From: a virus | Taxonomy: Duplodnaviria > Caudoviricetes | IMG/VR virus record: IMGVR_UViG_3300022902_000970 | Span: 1 to 60,305 of that record | DNA length: 60,305 nt | Reading direction: 5' to 3' (one strand) | Shown here: in pieces, positions 58,949-60,305 of the stretch | How positions within the stretch are numbered: position 1 is the first letter of the stretch | Layout: every line of letters starts with the position of its first letter | Position numbers and translations under genes: made by a program | Notes under the pieces: model-generated | Seen by the model: the letters and a program-made list of their open reading frames with translations, nothing else | The model's database searches: none | Told to the model about the DNA's origin: nothing

Positions 58949-59263
58949 ATGGACTTGATTTATTTTATCCTGTGTACCTATGGAATGACACAAATCATTC
59001 TTTACGGGTCTATATTCAACAAAATCCGACCTTCCAAAGATTGGCTAGGAGGAACCGGAAAACTATTTCATTGTGCTATGTGCATGGGCTTTTGGGTGGG
59101 AGTTTTTCTTGCTTTCTTAAGCCCTTTTTGTTCTTTGTGGCAATATGAATTTACTATTGTAAATATCTTTCTGTTAGGGTGCCTCTCGTCGGGAACATCG
59201 TATATTTTAAACCGCCTTGTGAACGACGATGGAGTTTCTATCACCTTAAATAAAAATGAATGA
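58949..59263 (+). CDS. Small membrane protein (DUF1360-like)
   Basis: Three hydrophobic segments; 'LFHCAMCMGFWVG' CxxC-W motif. Confidence 0.65.
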   Translation: MDLIYFILCTYGMTQIILYGSIFNKIRPSKDWLGGTGKLFHCAMCMGFWVGVFLAFLSPFCSLWQYEFTIVNIFLLGCLSSGTSYILNRLVNDDGVSITLNKNE

Positions 59264-59284
59264 TGCTTTAAGTCCTTAAAGATA

Positions 59285-59293
59285 CTATTTATT
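59285..59293 (+). promoter_or_regulatory. Candidate phage late promoter CTATTTATT
   Basis: Intergenic, upstream of the small ORF and the prohead protease. Confidence 0.55.
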
Positions 59294-59323
59294 GTGGTAT
59301 TTTATATTTAGGAGTACAATAGA

Positions 59324-59407
59324 ATGCGAAGACAAAACACACCCGGCGTTCGGCGCTGTTGCAGCGGAAGTCATACCAAGCAGGGGCGAGCCCTGCTTCT
59401 TTTTTAG
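59324..59407 (+). CDS. Unannotated 27-aa peptide MRRQNTPGVRRCCSGSHTKQGRALLLF
   Basis: AGGAG SD at 59310-59314, ATG 59324, TAG 59405-59407; CTATTTATT motif at 59285. Confidence 0.5.
   Translation: MRRQNTPGVRRCCSGSHTKQGRALLLF
59378..59405 (+). terminator. GC-rich hairpin + U tract (intrinsic terminator-like)
   Basis: AAGCAGGG-GCGAG-CCCTGCTT (perfect 8-bp stem) followed by CTTTTTT. Confidence 0.6.
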
Positions 59408-59417
59408 GAAATGAAAT

Positions 59418-60050
59418 ATGAGTAAACAACTTATTAGAGAATTTTATGAACTTTGCCCTGATGGAAACTGCGTTCTTGACGTATTGACCGAAGGCGAAAG
59501 AGCCCGCCGCGACACCGGAGCAGTGTTTCTTGTTGGTATTTGCCAAAAAGCAGGCACTAAGAACGGCAATGGCAGAGTTTATCCTAAGAATGTCTTGGAG
59601 CGAGAGATAGAACATTATCAAAATCTTGTCCGAGAGAGGCGAGCCCTCGGAGAACTTGACCATCCCGACGATTCTGTCATTAATCTTAAAAATGCCTCTC
59701 ACCTTATTACAAAGATGTGGTGGGATGGCGATAGCGTCATGGGCAAGATTGAAGTCTTAGATACTCCATCTGGTAAAATACTTAAAGATCTTTTGAACTC
59801 TAATGTCAAGCTAGGTATCTCCTCCAGAGGAATGGGATCTGTTAAAGAATCTATGGGTTCTTTGACTGTAGAAGATGACTTTCAGCTTATCTGTTTTGAT
59901 ATGGTTGCAGATCCTTCTACTCCTGAAGCCTTCATGAGAGTGTCTACGGGCATGAATGAAAACAAGACACCTACCTTCACAAAGGAACTTACCCAAGTTG
60001 ATAAAATCAACTTTGCTTTAAACGATATTCTAAAGGAGACCAACACATGA
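59418..60050 (+). CDS. Prohead core protease (T4 gp21-like)
   Basis: NGNGRVYP, LGELDHP, NASH, TPSGKI, GISSRGMGS, FDMVADPST. Confidence 0.95.
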   Translation: MSKQLIREFYELCPDGNCVLDVLTEGERARRDTGAVFLVGICQKAGTKNGNGRVYPKNVLEREIEHYQNLVRERRALGELDHPDDSVINLKNASHLITKMWWDGDSVMGKIEVLDTPSGKILKDLLNSNVKLGISSRGMGSVKESMGSLTVEDDFQLICFDMVADPSTPEAFMRVSTGMNENKTPTFTKELTQVDKINFALNDILKETNT

Positions 60051-60305
60051 AAATTACAAAGCAGCGATTAAAAGAAATTATTAAAGAAGAACTCAATGGC
60101 GCGTTGACGGAGAACCAAATCGCACTTATCATGGAAAGTGACCCGAAGGCGCTAGGACGGAAGCTGGCTCTTATGCCATCAAACCAAATGTCACCTGAGC
60201 GAGCAGGCATACTTTCTAGAAACAAATTGCAGGGCGCTACTGAACAGGAGCTTATCGCTATGATGAATAATCATTTAAAAAGTCTTGAAAGCCCAAGTGC
60301 ATCTG
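60047..60305 (+). CDS. Hypothetical protein with MKITKQRLKEIIKEE leader (3'-truncated, not in the ORF track)
   Basis: AAGGAG SD; ATG overlaps the protease TGA; frame open to the window end. Confidence 0.75.
   Translation, partial: MKITKQRLKEIIKEELNGALTENQIALIMESDPKALGRKLALMPSNQMSPERAGILSRNKLQGATEQELIAMMNNHLKSLESPSAS

Larger units (their letters stand above)
1..60305 (+). mobile_element. Segment of a large tailed dsDNA bacteriophage genome (myovirus-type, T4-like terminase/portal/protease)
   Basis: Contains TerL, gp20-like portal, gp21-like protease, gp25 and gp6/J baseplate genes and a gp55-like sigma. Genes are co-oriented and dense. No bacterial housekeeping genes, integrase or att site seen. 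Confidence 0.95.

Noticed and set aside
295-60225. Numerous short minus-strand and nested plus-strand ORFs in the track (e.g. 12991-13467, 29199-29573, 47978-48376, 54331-54690, 59289-59702)
   Set aside because: They lie antisense to, or inside, well-supported + strand genes and have no motifs; they are shadow ORFs.
1-60305. Alternative genetic code (TAG/TGA recoding as in some large phages)
   Set aside because: Conserved genes are full length in the standard code, and TAA, TAG and TGA all end genes at sensible boundaries.
1-60305. tRNA or other structured ncRNA genes
   Set aside because: Intergenic gaps are short and I saw no cloverleaf or T-loop signature. The only notable stem is at 59378-59398. 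A covariance-model scan was not possible.

Overview
The whole window looks like part of a large, AT-rich, lytic myovirus-type (T4-like head/packaging) dsDNA phage genome. All credible genes are on the + strand, tightly packed and read in the standard code. The order is: (1-9.5 kb) a nucleotide-sugar biosynthesis/glycosyltransferase cluster (RmlD-like, RmlB, SDR epimerases, sugar C-methyltransferase, split HldE-like kinase and nucleotidyltransferase, HAD phosphatase, cupin, 3 GT-like genes); (9.5-11.3 kb) small genes and a T4 gp55-like sigma factor; (11.3-46.9 kb) a tail/baseplate module (M15-peptidase + amidase lysin, spike-like protein, gp25, gp6/J, a gp7/I-like protein with LamG and MAM domains, several giant hypotheticals); (46.9-52.1 kb) RuvC, primase and an Mre11-Rad50 (SbcD-SbcC) fusion; (52.1-53.2 kb) a putative lysis trio; (54.1-60.3 kb) TerL, portal and prohead protease. 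The most interesting signals not explained by the gene calls are: strong enrichment of a [ST]-[GAS]-[ST] tripeptide in a subset of tail proteins next to a sugar/GT cluster (candidate virion glycosylation system); a recurring CTA[T/C/A]TTA motif upstream of late genes (candidate promoter for the phage sigma); a shared MKITKxRLKEIIKEE N-terminal leader on three unrelated proteins (candidate capsid-targeting signal); and an unannotated 27-codon Cys-Cys ORF overlapping a hairpin just before the protease. No tRNA, rRNA, CRISPR array or integrase was seen. All family calls come from motif recognition by eye, not from database searches.
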